A stretch of 36,924 bases of DNA from Octopus bimaculoides (GCF_001194135.2 NC_068985.1:47000912-47037835), one strand, 5' to 3'. Shown: positions 24,331-36,745, counted from the first letter of the stretch. Numbers and translations are program-made. Notes: generated by a model from the letters alone, not told the origin.

Positions 24331-25655
24331 ATATATTCGTTTATACATATATGAATATATATGAATATGTATATGTACGTATATATGTATCTCTAAGCAA
24401 GTGATTCGATTCTGAGACCGTGTGTGGAAATTTAAATGATTACGCAGCCGATACACATATTTACCATTAAACACGCCCCTCCACACACAAAGTTTGATTT
24501 CACTTAAAAATTTATTATTTGGTGTCAAAATTTTTGTCGCACCAATTGCGATCTGGCCACTGAAGCGATGCGTTTGAGATGTCGCGCAAGTGTGTGCATA
24601 TATGTATGGATGTATGGATATATATAGATGTTTGTTCATGTATACACATATTCATTACCTGCATGTATGTATATATATATATATGCATACATACACAAAC
24701 ACACGCACATATATGAATCAGTTCTTAATTATCAATTCCCTGACGTCACTTAAAATGCTGTGTCTGTACATTTAGCACAGATGAATGTAAAATGTATTCC
24801 TAACGCATAAAGAAATGATGTTCAGTGAAGTATTTGTCTCATCTTGAACCACTGAGCTATATTTAAAAGTCTTAGCAATTCACCCATCATTTCACGTGGA
24901 ATTTTTCACCCGCATGATTACACTAGTGATATTTAAATAGGAGTATTTTCCTCACCATAGTGCGTGTAAGAGGCAAGCCATATTGATAAAGTTTAATAAC
25001 AACAGAAAGAGCCGCCAATATAGCTGAAAAGCAATCAAAATGGCTTTACCGGGAATGGAACTTGTACAGCAGTCTCTGTTTTCAGATTGGTTACCAATAC
25101 ATTGGTTACAACATCTCGCGGTTCACTTTTACACATTTACATATACATACATGAAATCACACATATATGTACTGTATAAGAAGAATATATTCACTAATTT
25201 ATGTATGAGTGTAATAATGTAAGCTTGTTGAGATGTATTGACGTTTATCGGCTCAAAATCATGTAGCAGAAATCACGTAAATTACTCTGAAATATCATGG
25301 GAATATGTCATCGATCAGATGAAATGAAATGATTTATATTGCTAGCTCGCTATTCGATAGTTTGCTTGTAGCAGACGACAAGATGATTTGCAGACGACAA
25401 AATTGAAGATGAATGATTTGATAATTGCAGATATCACATCCGGATTTTTTAAAGCTTTCGTATCTGAAATAGATGATGACATAAACGTTATTAAATGAAA
25501 GAGTGAAGCGTGGCTGAATCAGAGAAAAGGAGAGAGGTGAGGAGTAGAAGATATAGAGATAACAACAGAGAGCTAGATCGATAGATAAATATAAGAGATA
25601 TAGATAAATAGCAAGATAGATAGATAGGTAGGTAGAGAAAGAGAGAGAGGGAGAG

Positions 25656-25705
<50 letters not shown>

Positions 25706-26288
25706 TGACAGAAAGAGGGAGGAGAAGAAAGAGAAGTATGATTCATTAAAGAGACGTGAATGTAATATAGTTGAGGCAATGAGAGATGAAAATTGAGAAG
25801 GCATGCTAAAACACCAAATAGAGAAAAATAGGAATGATAGAGACAGAAAGAAAAGGTTGGTTTAGAATGAAGGAAGACACAGGGGAAAAAAGAAATCGAT
25901 TATCATAAGTAAATTCGGAATCACACACATACACACATATACATACATATGTATATATTCATGTATGTGTATGTGTATATATATATATATATATTCATAT
26001 ATATTTATATACATGTATGTATATACTTAGATAAATATATATAAGTATGTATTAATTCACCGAAGTACATGTTACTATCATGCATTTTGGTGCCGGACTT
26101 TGTTTCAAAAATTTGTTTTACTGAGTATTATTTCACGCTTCGACGTGGAATTTGACTAAGAATACAAAGAATCGGAACAAATACCACTAGGTATTCGATC
26201 CAACGTTCGTAAATTTCCGTCAATTCACCGCCCTGGAATGGTAACTTTGTATCAACTCTTAAAGCATAAAACGCAAATTCGACCTCGG

Positions 26289-26405
26289 CTCCAGATTCAG
26301 TCCGCCTGCGAAGTACCTTGGGTAATGTCTTCTACTATAGCCTCGAGCCGACCAAAACCTTGTGAGAGCATCTTGTAGACGGAAACTGAAAAGAAGCGCG
26401 TCGTA
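26289..26405 (+). mobile_element. SINE family A, 5' half running into (TA)n and a gap
   Basis: gattcagtcc...tgtcttctactatagcctcgagccgaccaaaaccttgtgag...gtagacggaaactgaaaagaagcgcgtcgtatat. Confidence 0.8.
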
Positions 26406-27673
26406 TATATATATATATATANNNNNNNNNNNNNNNNNNNNNNNNNNNNNNNNNNNNNNNNNNNNNNNNNNNNNNNNNNNNNNNNNNNNNNNNNNNNNNN
26501 NNNNNNNNNNNNNNNNNNNNNNNNNNNNNNNNNNNNNNNNNNNNNNNNNNNNNNNNNNNNNNNNNNNNNNNNNNNNNNNNNNNNNNNNNNNNNNNNNNNN
26601 NNNNNNNNNNNNNNNNNNNNNNNNNNNNNNNNNNNNNNNNNNNNNNNNNNNNNNNNNNNNNNNNNNNNNNNNNNNNNNNNNNNNNNNNNNNNNNNNNNNN
26701 NNNNNNNNNNNNNNNNNNNNNNNNNNNNNNNNNNNNNNNNNNNNNNNNNNNNNNNNNNNNNNNNNNNNNNNNNNNNNNNNNNNNNNNNNNNNNNNNNNNN
26801 NNNNNNNNNNNNNNNNNNNNNNNNNNNNNNNNNNNNNNNNNNNNNNNNNNNNNNNNNNNNNNNNNNNNNNNNNNNNNNNNNNNNNNNNNNNNNNNNNNNN
26901 NNNNNNNNNNNNNNNNNNNNNNNNNNNNNNNNNNNNNNNNNNNNNNNNNNNNNNNNNNNNNNNNNNNNNNNNNNNNNNNNNNNNNNNNNNNNNNNNNNNN
27001 NNNNNNNNNNNNNNNNNNNNNNNNNNNNNNNNNNNNNNNNNNNNNNNNNNNNNNNNNNNNNNNNNNNNNNNNNNNNNNNNNNNNNNNNNNNNNNNNNNNN
27101 NNNNNNNNNNNNNNNNNNNNNNNNNNNNNNNNNNNNNNNNNNNNNNNNNNNNNNNNNNNNNNNNNNNNNNNNNNNNNNNNNNNNNNNNNNNNNNNNNNNN
27201 NNNNNNNNNNNNNNNNNNNNNNNNNNNNNNNNNNNNNNNNNNNNNNNNNNNNNNNNNNNNNNNNNNNNNNNNNNNNNNNNNNNNNNNNNNNNNNNNNNNN
27301 NNNNNNNNNNNNNNNNNNNNNNNNATATATATATATACATATATATATATACATGCATACAAGAAATGTGGAGAGAGAGAGAGAGAGAGAGTGAGAGAGA
27401 GAGAGTGAGAGAGAGAAAGAGATAGAGAATGATTGAGCGATTGAAAGAGAGAGTGAGAGAGAGAGAGAGAGAGAAAGAGAAAGAGAAAGAATGATGGATG
27501 TTGAATAGGTAACTTTGTATGAGTAATGATTTGAATGAGTTAGACCATCAATCTTATTTAAAACTCTTTTGCTTTTGTGTTTGATTAATTCGGCATTTAT
27601 TATGAGATGAAACGGTTAAAATATGAAAGCAAAAACAGTGATGAAATAGAAGAATATGTATATATATGTATAT

Positions 27674-27712
<39 letters not shown>

Positions 27713-28608
27713 GAGGGAGAGAGAGAGAGATTGATAGACAGACAGATACATACATACATACATAAACACAAGCACGAATGCACGCACACACACACGCATA
27801 CATACATGCAAACACATGTAAAGATCAAAATACTCGGATTGCATTAAAAATTGATTGAATGTATTTAATTATATATTTACTTATTTATATATCATGAGAA
27901 ACTGTATTTGTCGCTGTTGGGCCCCAGATCAGTCCTACGATAGAAATTCTGCGAGGAAAGCCAGCTAAGCCGTAACTTTCTCTCAAAAAAGTGCATAATA
28001 TCTTAATCCAATTAATCTGCTGTTCCATAGCAACGTTGGTTTTGAAAGACAATTATCTGCAATTATTTTACCTAATATGTCTATCTTTTTTTTTTTAAGA
28101 AACCAGAATGTACTAACAGAGGGATTTGACCGCTATTTCTAGCAGGTTTATCGGCATTATAATAGCTCCTTCTTTGATTGAACAAGCAGTAGAAAAGCTT
28201 AACCTTCCAGTGAGAAAATAATTTCCAGGATTCTACAGTTTCGGCGAACCATTATATATTGTTAGCCGTCTAAATAAACATTTTACTTACATATGATTGT
28301 ATAATTCCACTATTTTATTGCAGTGAAATGTCAGGCCGTGTGCCTGTAGTAGAACGAAAAAAGATTCCCCGGGAAGATGTGTTGAGTGGGTATTTATTTT
28401 TCTGGTAATAGAGGGAAAATGCTTATCTAACTAATACACAGCACTTAAGAGGAATAACGAACATAGCGGCTGCCATACTTTCCTTTCATCCTTGCAGGCT
28501 CGATAATATTCTCAGTCCAGGGTTGCGAGTTGGAGGAAGAAAATCGAACCGGATTCCTTCCAGGAATTCATCTGGTTATTGGTATTTGAGCACAGACGTC
28601 GCCTTAGT

Positions 28609-28743
28609 TTATTTGGGTGGCAATTCGTCTTTTAGTGTACCATTGAAACCTGGTACCTCAGGTACCTTTGGTGGAGCATTCGTTACCTCAGGTACCTTTG
28701 GCGGAGCATTCGGTATCTCAGATACCTTTGGCAAGCTTTTGGT
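28609..28743 (-). CDS. Candidate terminal exon or coding relic, Pro-rich with 10-aa repeat
   Basis: After the acceptor-like aactcaatttctAG it reads TKSLPKVSEIPNAPPKVPEVTNAPPKVPEVPGFNGTLKDELPPK*. In-frame 30-bp tandem repeat (28654-28732). No partner exons or recognisable homology; the + strand is also open (28523..28747). Confidence 0.2.
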   Translation of the reverse strand, partial: TKSLPKVSEIPNAPPKVPEVTNAPPKVPEVPGFNGTLKDELPPK

Positions 28744-28840
28744 CTAGAAATTGAGTTTACTGTGCTCTCTCCTCGCCACTTGCAACGGAGACCCTGTAAA
28801 GTATCAAGGGAGTAATTTGTCTCCTGACTATATTCTCTTA

Positions 28841-29216
28841 CTCTTTTACTTGTTTCAGTCATTTGACTATGGCCATGCTGGAGCACCACCTTTAGTCGAG
28901 CAAATCGACCCCAGGACTTAGTCTTTGTAAGCCTAGTACTTATTCTATCGGTCTCTATTGTCCAACCGCTAAGTTACGGGGACCAGCATCGGTTGTCAAG
29001 CGATGTTGGGTGGACAAAACACAGACACACATATATATACATATACGTATATACGACGGGCTTCTTTCAGCTTTCCTTTACCAAATCCACTTATAAGGCT
29101 TTGGTCGGCCCGAGGCTATAGTAGAAGACACTTGCTCAAGGTTCCACGCTGTGAGACTGAACTCGGAACCATGTGGTTGGTAGGCAAGCTACTTACCACG
29201 CAGCCACTCCTGCGCC
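28841..29216 (-). mobile_element. Full-length tRNA-derived SINE family A (~375 bp) with internal microsatellite
   Basis: Minus strand starts ggcgcaggagtggctgcgtggtaag (A-box-like), then gagttcagtctc (B-box-like), a central (TA)/(TG) tract, and ends gactgaaacaagtaaaagag. At least 6 related copies in the window. Confidence 0.9.
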
Positions 29217-30329
29217 TATAGGATAAGAAAAATGAATTCCAACGCCTGACAATGGTCATGGTATTTGAAACACAGAGGTAATCGTTCTCTTGAATCTACT
29301 GGAGAATACCGTGTGTATGTGTGTGTGTGTGTGTATGTGTGTGTGTGTGTGTGTGTATCTGTGTGTGCGCGTGCTTTTGCGTGCGTGTGTCTACTTTTAT
29401 GTGTGGATTACATCAGTTTTGCGTTGAGGAGACGTACAGGCACTACAAATGATTGATTTCTTGACAAAACACTAATTACAAAATGATTCCTATAACGATT
29501 TAATTTGTATAGCACTATCCGTTTTTAATTATACCCCTTGACATGTATTGCATAATGATTAAATAATAAACATAGCGGTTAGTTGCAGTGGAATCTGACT
29601 TGGTACCACGCTTTGCTGAAATATTTTAGATGACTATGTAGGTACTGGTAAATATAGAAACTCTTCTCAGGTCTTCTAACTTTCGTGCAGCAAAACTCAT
29701 GGATGCAACAGCTGGAGGAAGCGAAATTTATATCAGCTCTAGACTGGTACTCGTTTCAGCTGAGTAAAAGGACAAGAAATGAAAAGCCTTCTTTAGAGAT
29801 ACAACATGTCGTCCGGTCCATGAATTGAACCCACAGAACTATGACATTGAGTCTAACTCCGTAACCAGTATGCCACTTCATAATATAGCATAAATTGCGA
29901 TTCAAACATATATATAAACGATAAATTATCTTAGATATCTTTCATTTATTTATAGCCAGATCACAATATTTGTTCTATACTAGATCATATATATAAAACT
30001 TACAATATATATATATATAGATAGACTTACATTGAATTTGGGGATTGATTTTGTGTTGAAGCAGACCTATGATTAAAGGTCTTCTAATCATGACAGCCCT
30101 GTCTTTTTTTATTTTTTTTTTATCAAAGACAACATTATGTGTCATCATAATTTTGAAATCAGTAAGTATAATTTGAGGTAAGTTTGGCTATTATTTTCAA
30201 CAGGGCGAGCGATTGCATAAAGGGTTTTTCAGTTTAGAGTATAAGTGTCCTTGGATTTCTGATTAAACTGTTGTGTACCAGTACCATCAAATGTCTGTAA
30301 AAATCACCAATATTAAGTACGTATGGTGG

Positions 30330-30600
30330 AGGCAGTAGATTTCTAGGGCACCAGTGATGATCTGTGCTGGTAAACAGCAAATATAAGCAGTTCAAAGTGT
30401 CGAATAATTTAGTCCAGAGTGAGGTTCTCGATGTCTTGAGTTAGACTTTCAAAGTCCTTTCGCGAAACCGCCCTCATTCTAGCAAGTAGCAGATTGAAAC
30501 AGTTCCCAATGTGGAATAATTTGGTTTGGAAATGTTTAAAGTATTGGACAGGGCTTCCAAAGGGCACTCATGAAACTTCATATTCCTTCGTATCCTTCAT
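30330..30600 (-). mobile_element. Possible ancient RTE-clade LINE C-terminal fragment
   Basis: Broken frames PNQIIPHWEL..EGGFAK / RTLKV*LKT...W resemble RTE PKQxxYGEL..GGxxKRFKDTLKxxLK; weak. Confidence 0.35.
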
Positions 30601-31275
30601 CATACTTTAACTTTTGATAACAGCTTGTATGTTCACTTATATTTTGCTTTAGGTTCGTGAACTGGCAGAATTAATGAGATGTCGGAAAAAATTTCTTGTG
30701 GCATTTATTACCATCCCCAATTCTAAGACAGCTGTGAAATCTTGATACTATATATCAGACATTCATTCTACTTCTTGTAATTTCTTTAAAGCAAACACGG
30801 TGTTAAAAGCGCTTTCTACTTCCATTGAATCTGCGAGGTATTTCGAACGCAAAGAAGAAGAAGAAGAAGAAGAAGAAGAAGAAGAAGAAGAAGAAGAAGA
30901 AGAAGAAGAAGAACAACAACAACAACAACAACAACAACAGCATCAGCAACAACAACAGCATTAATGATGGTGATCACCATCATCATGATCATGATGGTGA
31001 TAATGATAATGAATNNNNNNNNNNNNNNNNNNNNNNNNNNNNNNNNNNNNNNNNNNNNNNNNNNNNNNNNNNNNNNNNNNNNNNNNNNNNNNNNNNNNNN
31101 NNNNNNNNNNNNNNNNNNNNNNNNNNNNNNNNNNNNNNNNNNNNNNNNNNNNNNNNNNNNNNNNNNNNNNNNNNNNNNNNNNNNNNNNNNNNNNNNNNNN
31201 NNNNNNNNNNNNNNNNNNNNNNNNNNNNNNNNNNNNNNNNNNNNNNNNNNNNNNNNNNNNNNNNNNNNNNNCAGC

Positions 31276-31456
31276 AATTTCGAAGGGGAGAGGCCAGTCG
31301 ATTATAGCACTCCCTTGTTTGCCATTTTATTTTATCGACTCCCGAATGAACGAATGGCGCAGTTGATCTCGGCACGATTCGAAATCAGAACGTAAAAAGG
31401 CCGGAACGAATACCGCAAAGCATTTGAGCCAACGCACTAAGGATTCTGTCAATCCA
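31276..31456 (-). mobile_element. SINE family B, diverged copy
   Basis: ggggagaggccagtcgatta...ttttatcgactcccgaatga...gattcgaaatcagaacgtaaa...ataccgcaaagcatttt...gattctgtcaatcc. Confidence 0.75.
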
Positions 31457-31457
31457 A

Positions 31458-31676
31458 TTAACAACAACAACAACAACAGCAGCAATAACAACTGACGGTG
31501 GCAATGATGGTAATAATGATGATAATGACGATGAGGCTGATGGTGATGATGATGACGCTGATACTGATGACGACGACGATGATGATGATGGTGGTGGTGG
31601 TGGTGGTGATGATGGTGGTGATGAAGATGATGATGATGATAATGATGATGATAAAGATGATGATGATAATGAAAAA

Positions 31677-31710
<34 letters not shown>

Positions 31711-31750
31711 GTGGTGATGATGATGATGATGATGAAGATGATGATGATGT
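31458..31750. repeat. Compound (AAC)/(ATG)/(GTG) microsatellite
   Basis: Visible; source of poly-Met/Ile ORFs. Confidence 0.9.
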
Positions 31751-32830
31751 TACACAGTATTATCATGTAATCTTTCAGAGGAAATCGCCATATTCATTTG
31801 CACTTTGTTATTATCATGTATCCACGCTAATACTTCATTCGTTCCTGATGCTCAAGTGACTTCTTATTTTTCTAATTAGAACTAATGAAATGCCCTGTAA
31901 TACCAATGTAATCTCATGTATGCCTCTGGCACTCCATGTCTGTTTTTCAAACGGTATGTTGCGCTTCATATAACCTACTTCTATGTTTTTTTTCATGTGG
32001 TTTTCGTTTTTAGCTTTTTCTATCTCCAAACAGCGATGTGTCGACATCAAGAAGCATGTTTTGCATAAGTTCTCTCTCTAATTTCAGTATGATAACTGCA
32101 GTGGTATTTATTTTTAAACTATCTAAATTCCGAATGGACGTCAATTGGAAATATGGTGTGATTATTTCTAATAAACGTGTTCTTGTTTTTATTTATTTGT
32201 TTTGCAATGATTATATTTTTCTCTCCAGCAAAGTATCTTTGAATTCTTATATTTTTTTGTCTATCCCTTCATTATTCCCTGATCACTAGGCAATATATCT
32301 ACACTAAAAAAAAAAATAATAATAAAATAAGCGCACACCAAAGCAAACATATTTACATACACACACATACATTTAAAAAAAACACACACACACGCACGCA
32401 GCTCTTTTTACTGTACAGAATTTGAAATTCCCTTTATATTCTCTCTTGCTAGTTGGCATAAAAAATGATCAGCTGAAATTCTAAGGGCATGCTAAATTCC
32501 CTGAGCCCCAAGTTATGACAAAAGATTCAGACCCTACTCAGTTTCCACGAACTGTGACCATCGTTAATAAATTAACAGAAAAAAATTGTCTGTTTCTTTA
32601 TTCACGTATNNNNNNNNNNTTGCATACCTTACCACTATTTCCATGTATAATCGTAGCAGCTGACGGTTTTTGCTGGTTCATAGAATGAATCTGTATTTTT
32701 TTTGTTGTCTATTTCATTCTTCTAGTCTCAGTCAATGCTTGTATGGATTTTGTCCTACTGGCTATGTGTGGTGGCAACTAACGCGATAGTCTTTTTCCAT
32801 TTCTCTCATTTAGGACTGGAATATCTTACA

Positions 32831-33320
32831 CCGTTTCAGAATGTGTCTGAATGGATCACTCTCCCCATTATTTTGTCCGTCCTATGGTCGGTTTTCTGTT
32901 TCGACTTCCGAAAAAAAGACTGCCTTCGAAAGTCAGGTATTTCTACAAGGTATATCATTCGTTGCAGTTGTGCTGGGAATACCTTGCCTTTAATTTTCGT
33001 AATCTTTGCACGTAACAAGCTTCCATCATTAGTTAATTTGTTTTGTCGTTCACGCATTTGTACGTACCATTTCCTTCTTTGTTGGAAGGTTTCGAGTGTC
33101 ATTTTGTGTCTCTAGACTAATGTCCAGAATTGGCAACAATAGATAGAAAAAAAGCATCACCAGTACTATCTATTTTGAAAGTTTAACGTTGATATTTATT
33201 GTTAAAGATGCGCTTAGCTTTTGGGATATTTCTTTGCCAAGTTCTCTTGGTTTTGCCTAGTCTTTTATCTGTTTCTTTGTTTACCGAAACGCAGTTTGAG
33301 GTGTAACTGGCTAAGTATTT
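32831..33320 (-). mobile_element. Degenerate RTE-clade LINE fragment (end of RT and C-terminal region)
   Basis: Minus strand reads KYLASYTSNCVSVNKETDKRLGK...RIFNNK, then RHKMTLETFQQR..QNKLTND..LRAKI..AQLQRM..LVEIPDFR, then KAVFFSEVETENRP*DG..FRHILKR. Collinear with RTE motifs KYLGS..EIDxRIGKA / LExFHQR / QLRW.GH..RM.D.R.PK..FxEL / KD.LKR. Confidence 0.7.
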
Positions 33321-33380
33321 CTAATGATGATAACATTGTATTATGATACTGTTGAAGATGACTTGGCCGGACAACAAGGC

Positions 33381-33773
33381 TTCAGATTTTGGCACAAGGC
33401 CAGTAAGTTCTAAGGAGGGGTAAGTCGATTACATCGACCACAGTATTCAGTTGGTACTTATTTTATCGACCACGAAAGGATGAATAGTAAAGTCGACCAC
33501 GGTGGAATTTGAACTCAGAAAGCGAAGACAGGCGATATGCTGCTAAGCATGTTTCCTGGCGTGCTAACGATTTTGCCAGCACACCGCGTTAGTTTGCGTA
33601 TTATTAAGTAAAGTTGAAGGTGTCAAGCTGGCAGAATCGTTAGCACGCCGAGTAAAATGCTTAGCGACATTTCTTTCGTCTTTACGCTCTGAGTTCAAAC
33701 TCCGCCGAGGTCGACTTTGTCTTTCATCCTTCCAGAGTCGATAATTTAAGTACCTGGGAAACACTGGGGTCGA
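33381..33773. mobile_element. Head-to-head pair of SINE family B copies (- 33381-33587, + 33619-33773)
   Basis: Both copies contain gctggca(g/a)aatcgttagcacgcc..atgcttagc..ctgagttcaaa(c/t)tcc..ggtcgacttt..tcatcctt..gtcgataa..taagtacc; 31-nt spacer. Confidence 0.9.
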
Positions 33774-35001
33774 ATAAAAAGGATTAAGGGAAGTTCAGGT
33801 TTGGGTTAGTTTTCATGCCATGTGGAAAGAGGAACCGAACATTTTGCTACTGNNNNNNNNNNNNNNNNNNNNNNNNNNNNNNNNNNNNNNNNNNNNNNNN
33901 NNNNNNNNNNNNNNNNNNNNNNNNNNNNNNNNNNNNNNNNNNNTTCTTTCACACCATGAGTTAGTCACATAATGCCAGATTTCTTTCCTCTTCATATCAT
34001 ATGATTTTATCCGATTCAGACCCTACTCAGTTTCCACGAACTGTGACCATCGTTAATAAATTAACAGAAAAAAATTGTCTGTTTCTTTATTCACGTATCT
34101 TGGTACATAAATTTTCATCTCCGATATTGTCAAAGTCATTTCTTTTATCCTGAAAGATCTTTTGCTGTTCATTACTCATTAGGAAATTTTGTAAACATCC
34201 TCGTTCTAATTAATGTTTACTTTATATATTTAAGATTCCTCAATAAATATTTACCGAGTTATTCTTCTTGAAATGCTTCGTTGTCTTCCACGCAGTGTTC
34301 TCCATTTACCTTTTAATTCGTAATATTCGTAATAACCCACTTTTGTCTCCGATCTCATTGCTTGTTTATATCTGACGTCTCGATTCAAAACACTGTAGCA
34401 AATATCGGTGCTGGTTAAAGTTTCTATAGAATATTCATAGAAACAACCTTAGCAAAAATAATGTAAGAAGCACTGCTGACGCAGTACCACGTACCTATAA
34501 ATCTTTAATATTTACATAACAGTCCCAGGAATGCATCTAATATGTAAATTGGTATATCCAATAACTTAACACCGCCGTATGCGGTGGCTATATGAGCAAT
34601 GTGTTCGAAAGCAAGAGTGGGTTAGATGGGTACTGATGATGGGGTAACAACCCCCGAAATATGGCATATACGCACATTACCTACTTTTGTTTCTGATCTC
34701 ATTGCTTGTTTACATCTGACGTCTCGATACGAAACGTTGTAGCAAAAATCAGTGCTGGCTATAGTAGAAACAACCTTGACAATAATGTGTTGATATAGTA
34801 CAAAGATTCCATACACTTCATTTACTGCATGCATATGAACTTGTGTATTTCAAGAAGAAACACTTGACACCATTTTATGAGAAGAATCTGAAAGGTATAA
34901 AGGTAGAATTATTACAATCGGACTTATCAATGTTTGATTTTAAGTAGTTAAGAGCTGTAAACTTCGACGAGTAAAAGAAATATCTTTGACAATATTTGTA
35001 A

Positions 35002-35192
35002 GGCGGAGCGCTGGCAGAACCGTTAATGAGCCGGCCAAAACACCGGCATTTCGTCCGTTTTTATGGTCAGTGCTCAAATTCCGTCGACGATGACTTTGCT
35101 TTCATCCTCTCCGGGTCGATAAAATAAGTACCAGTTTAGCACCCTTTAACTCTTTCCCCAAAATTACTGATCTTGAGTCAATATTTGAAATC
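35002..35192 (+). mobile_element. SINE family B, diverged copy
   Basis: ggcggagcgctggcagaaccgtta...gcatttcgtccg...ctcaaattccgtcgac...tttcatcctctccgggtcgataaaataagtaccagt. Confidence 0.8.
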
Positions 35193-35280
35193 GATGTTAA
35201 ATATTTTAAAAATATATCTAAAGTAGAGCACACACACACGCACATATGCACATATGTACACATATGTATGTGAGTATACA

Positions 35281-35317
<37 letters not shown>

Positions 35318-35832
35318 GGATGCACATACATATGTAAGCAACAAATATACACCCATCGATATACACCCATCGATACACACACACATCTATAGACATATAC
35401 ACGTGTATTATATATGTATGTGTGTGCGTGTATGTATACATAGGCTCTCGTACACACATGTGGATCACACATGTTAAAACTTGATTCTAACTCACGTTTT
35501 AATAGCATTATGTGAAATCATTTTAACTTAATCATCATATTCTATATAAAGTTGACAGTAAAACTATCGCATATTGCTAAACCTTTTACGTTTCTCAACG
35601 CCTATCATGCACATTTTTAATTTTAACTATTCTTCCTTTGATTTAGTAGTAGCTGATCGCTGTTAGTTCGTCAAGCTGATCAATGTTACAGGTTTTACAT
35701 CGCCTTCTTTTATTACATTACAGGTAATTTGAGTGTCTCATTATCTTTAAGGCAGAGATTGCTGATAATAAAATACACCTTGTCAGATTCTACAACTCGC
35801 TTATTAATCAAATATTAGGGTAGATTAGATAC

Positions 35833-35868
<36 letters not shown>

Positions 35869-35964
35869 NNNNNNNNNNNNNNNNNNNNNNNNNNTATATA
35901 TTATACAATGTATTATACAATTATACATACATCGCACACACAACTGCTCACTGTCACGCAATAT

Positions 35965-36105
35965 TAACTCTCTCTCTCTCTCTCTCTTCCTCTCTCTCTC
36001 TCTCTCTCTCTTCCTCTCTCTCTCTCTCTTCCTCTCTCTCTCTCTCTTCCTCTTCCTCTCTCTCTCTCTCTCTTCCCCTCTCTCTCTCTTCCTCTCTCTC
36101 TCTTC

Positions 36106-36137
<32 letters not shown>

Positions 36138-36152
36138 TCCCCTCTCTCTCTT
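35965..36152. repeat. (CT)n array punctuated by TTCC
   Basis: Visible; yields the ER-repeat ORF artefact. Confidence 0.9.
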
Positions 36153-36745
36153 ACTCACACACAAACACACAACCGCGCGTGCGCACAAATTTTATCTCCG
36201 ATTTCACACATTTGACTTCAATTAGTTCTACACGATTATATCGGTTCTGGTACATACTGTCCTACTTATTTTATTAACCTTTTCAGGAAGAGGTTAGCAA
36301 AGTCCATTTGAGAAGTGAAGACGCCAACAGTAGCCAAACAGAAAAACAGTGGTTATTTTGTGTTATTTTGGTCAAAGCACCTGTCCACACGATGTTGTAT
36401 TTGTGCTTATACATGTACAGACACCATACACACGTATGCATGCCCGCGCGTTCACACACACACAGGCACACACATACGCACACACACACACACTCACACA
36501 TAAATACATATATATGCATGCATATCATTTCTCCCAAAGCATCAACATACCTCTTAACCTTTTCTTTCTTTCGGCTGACAATCGAATGTGCACAACTTTT
36601 TTTTATGTTAATCTCTTTTTTCTGCTGACATTTCGCCAACTTCCCGTAAATAGTTGCTTACCTGTTGTAACCTCTCATGTTGTCCAAATGTCCTTCTCTT
36701 ACTCACCGCATTCCATTTGAGCTAGCTTACCTCCCCTCAACTATA

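Larger units (their letters stand above)
5205..35894. other. 12 assembly gaps (5205-5397, 8459-9317, 11125-11590, 12276-12345, 18961-18970, 20553-20826, 23128-24110, 26422-27324, 31015-31271, 32610-32619, 33853-33943, 35869-35894)
   Basis: N runs, most flanked by (AT)n/(AC)n; all long X-containing ORFs are artefacts. Confidence 0.99.

Noticed and set aside
25084-25110. Three CCAAT/ATTGG boxes close together
   Set aside because: Short motifs expected by chance in AT-rich DNA; no TSS, CpG island or gene nearby.
28478-28500. Strong-looking + strand splice acceptor (tttcctttcatccttgcag)
   Set aside because: It resembles the SINE B core tttcatcctttcggggtcgataa; probably an old SINE remnant.
29170-29216. 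tRNA gene
   Set aside because: A/B-box-like motifs are SINE heads; no complete cloverleaf or acceptor stem.
32836-33112. Apparent host exon (AG|RHKMTLETFQQRRKW...KGK|GT) in phase with the 28743 candidate exon
   Set aside because: The peptide and its flanking frames match RTE LINE C-terminal motifs, so it is a retrotransposon relic rather than a host exon.
958-36720. Most supplied ORFs (poly-L/N/T/M, HT/CV/YI/ER repeats, X-runs)
   Set aside because: They are translations of microsatellites or N gaps, with no domain content.
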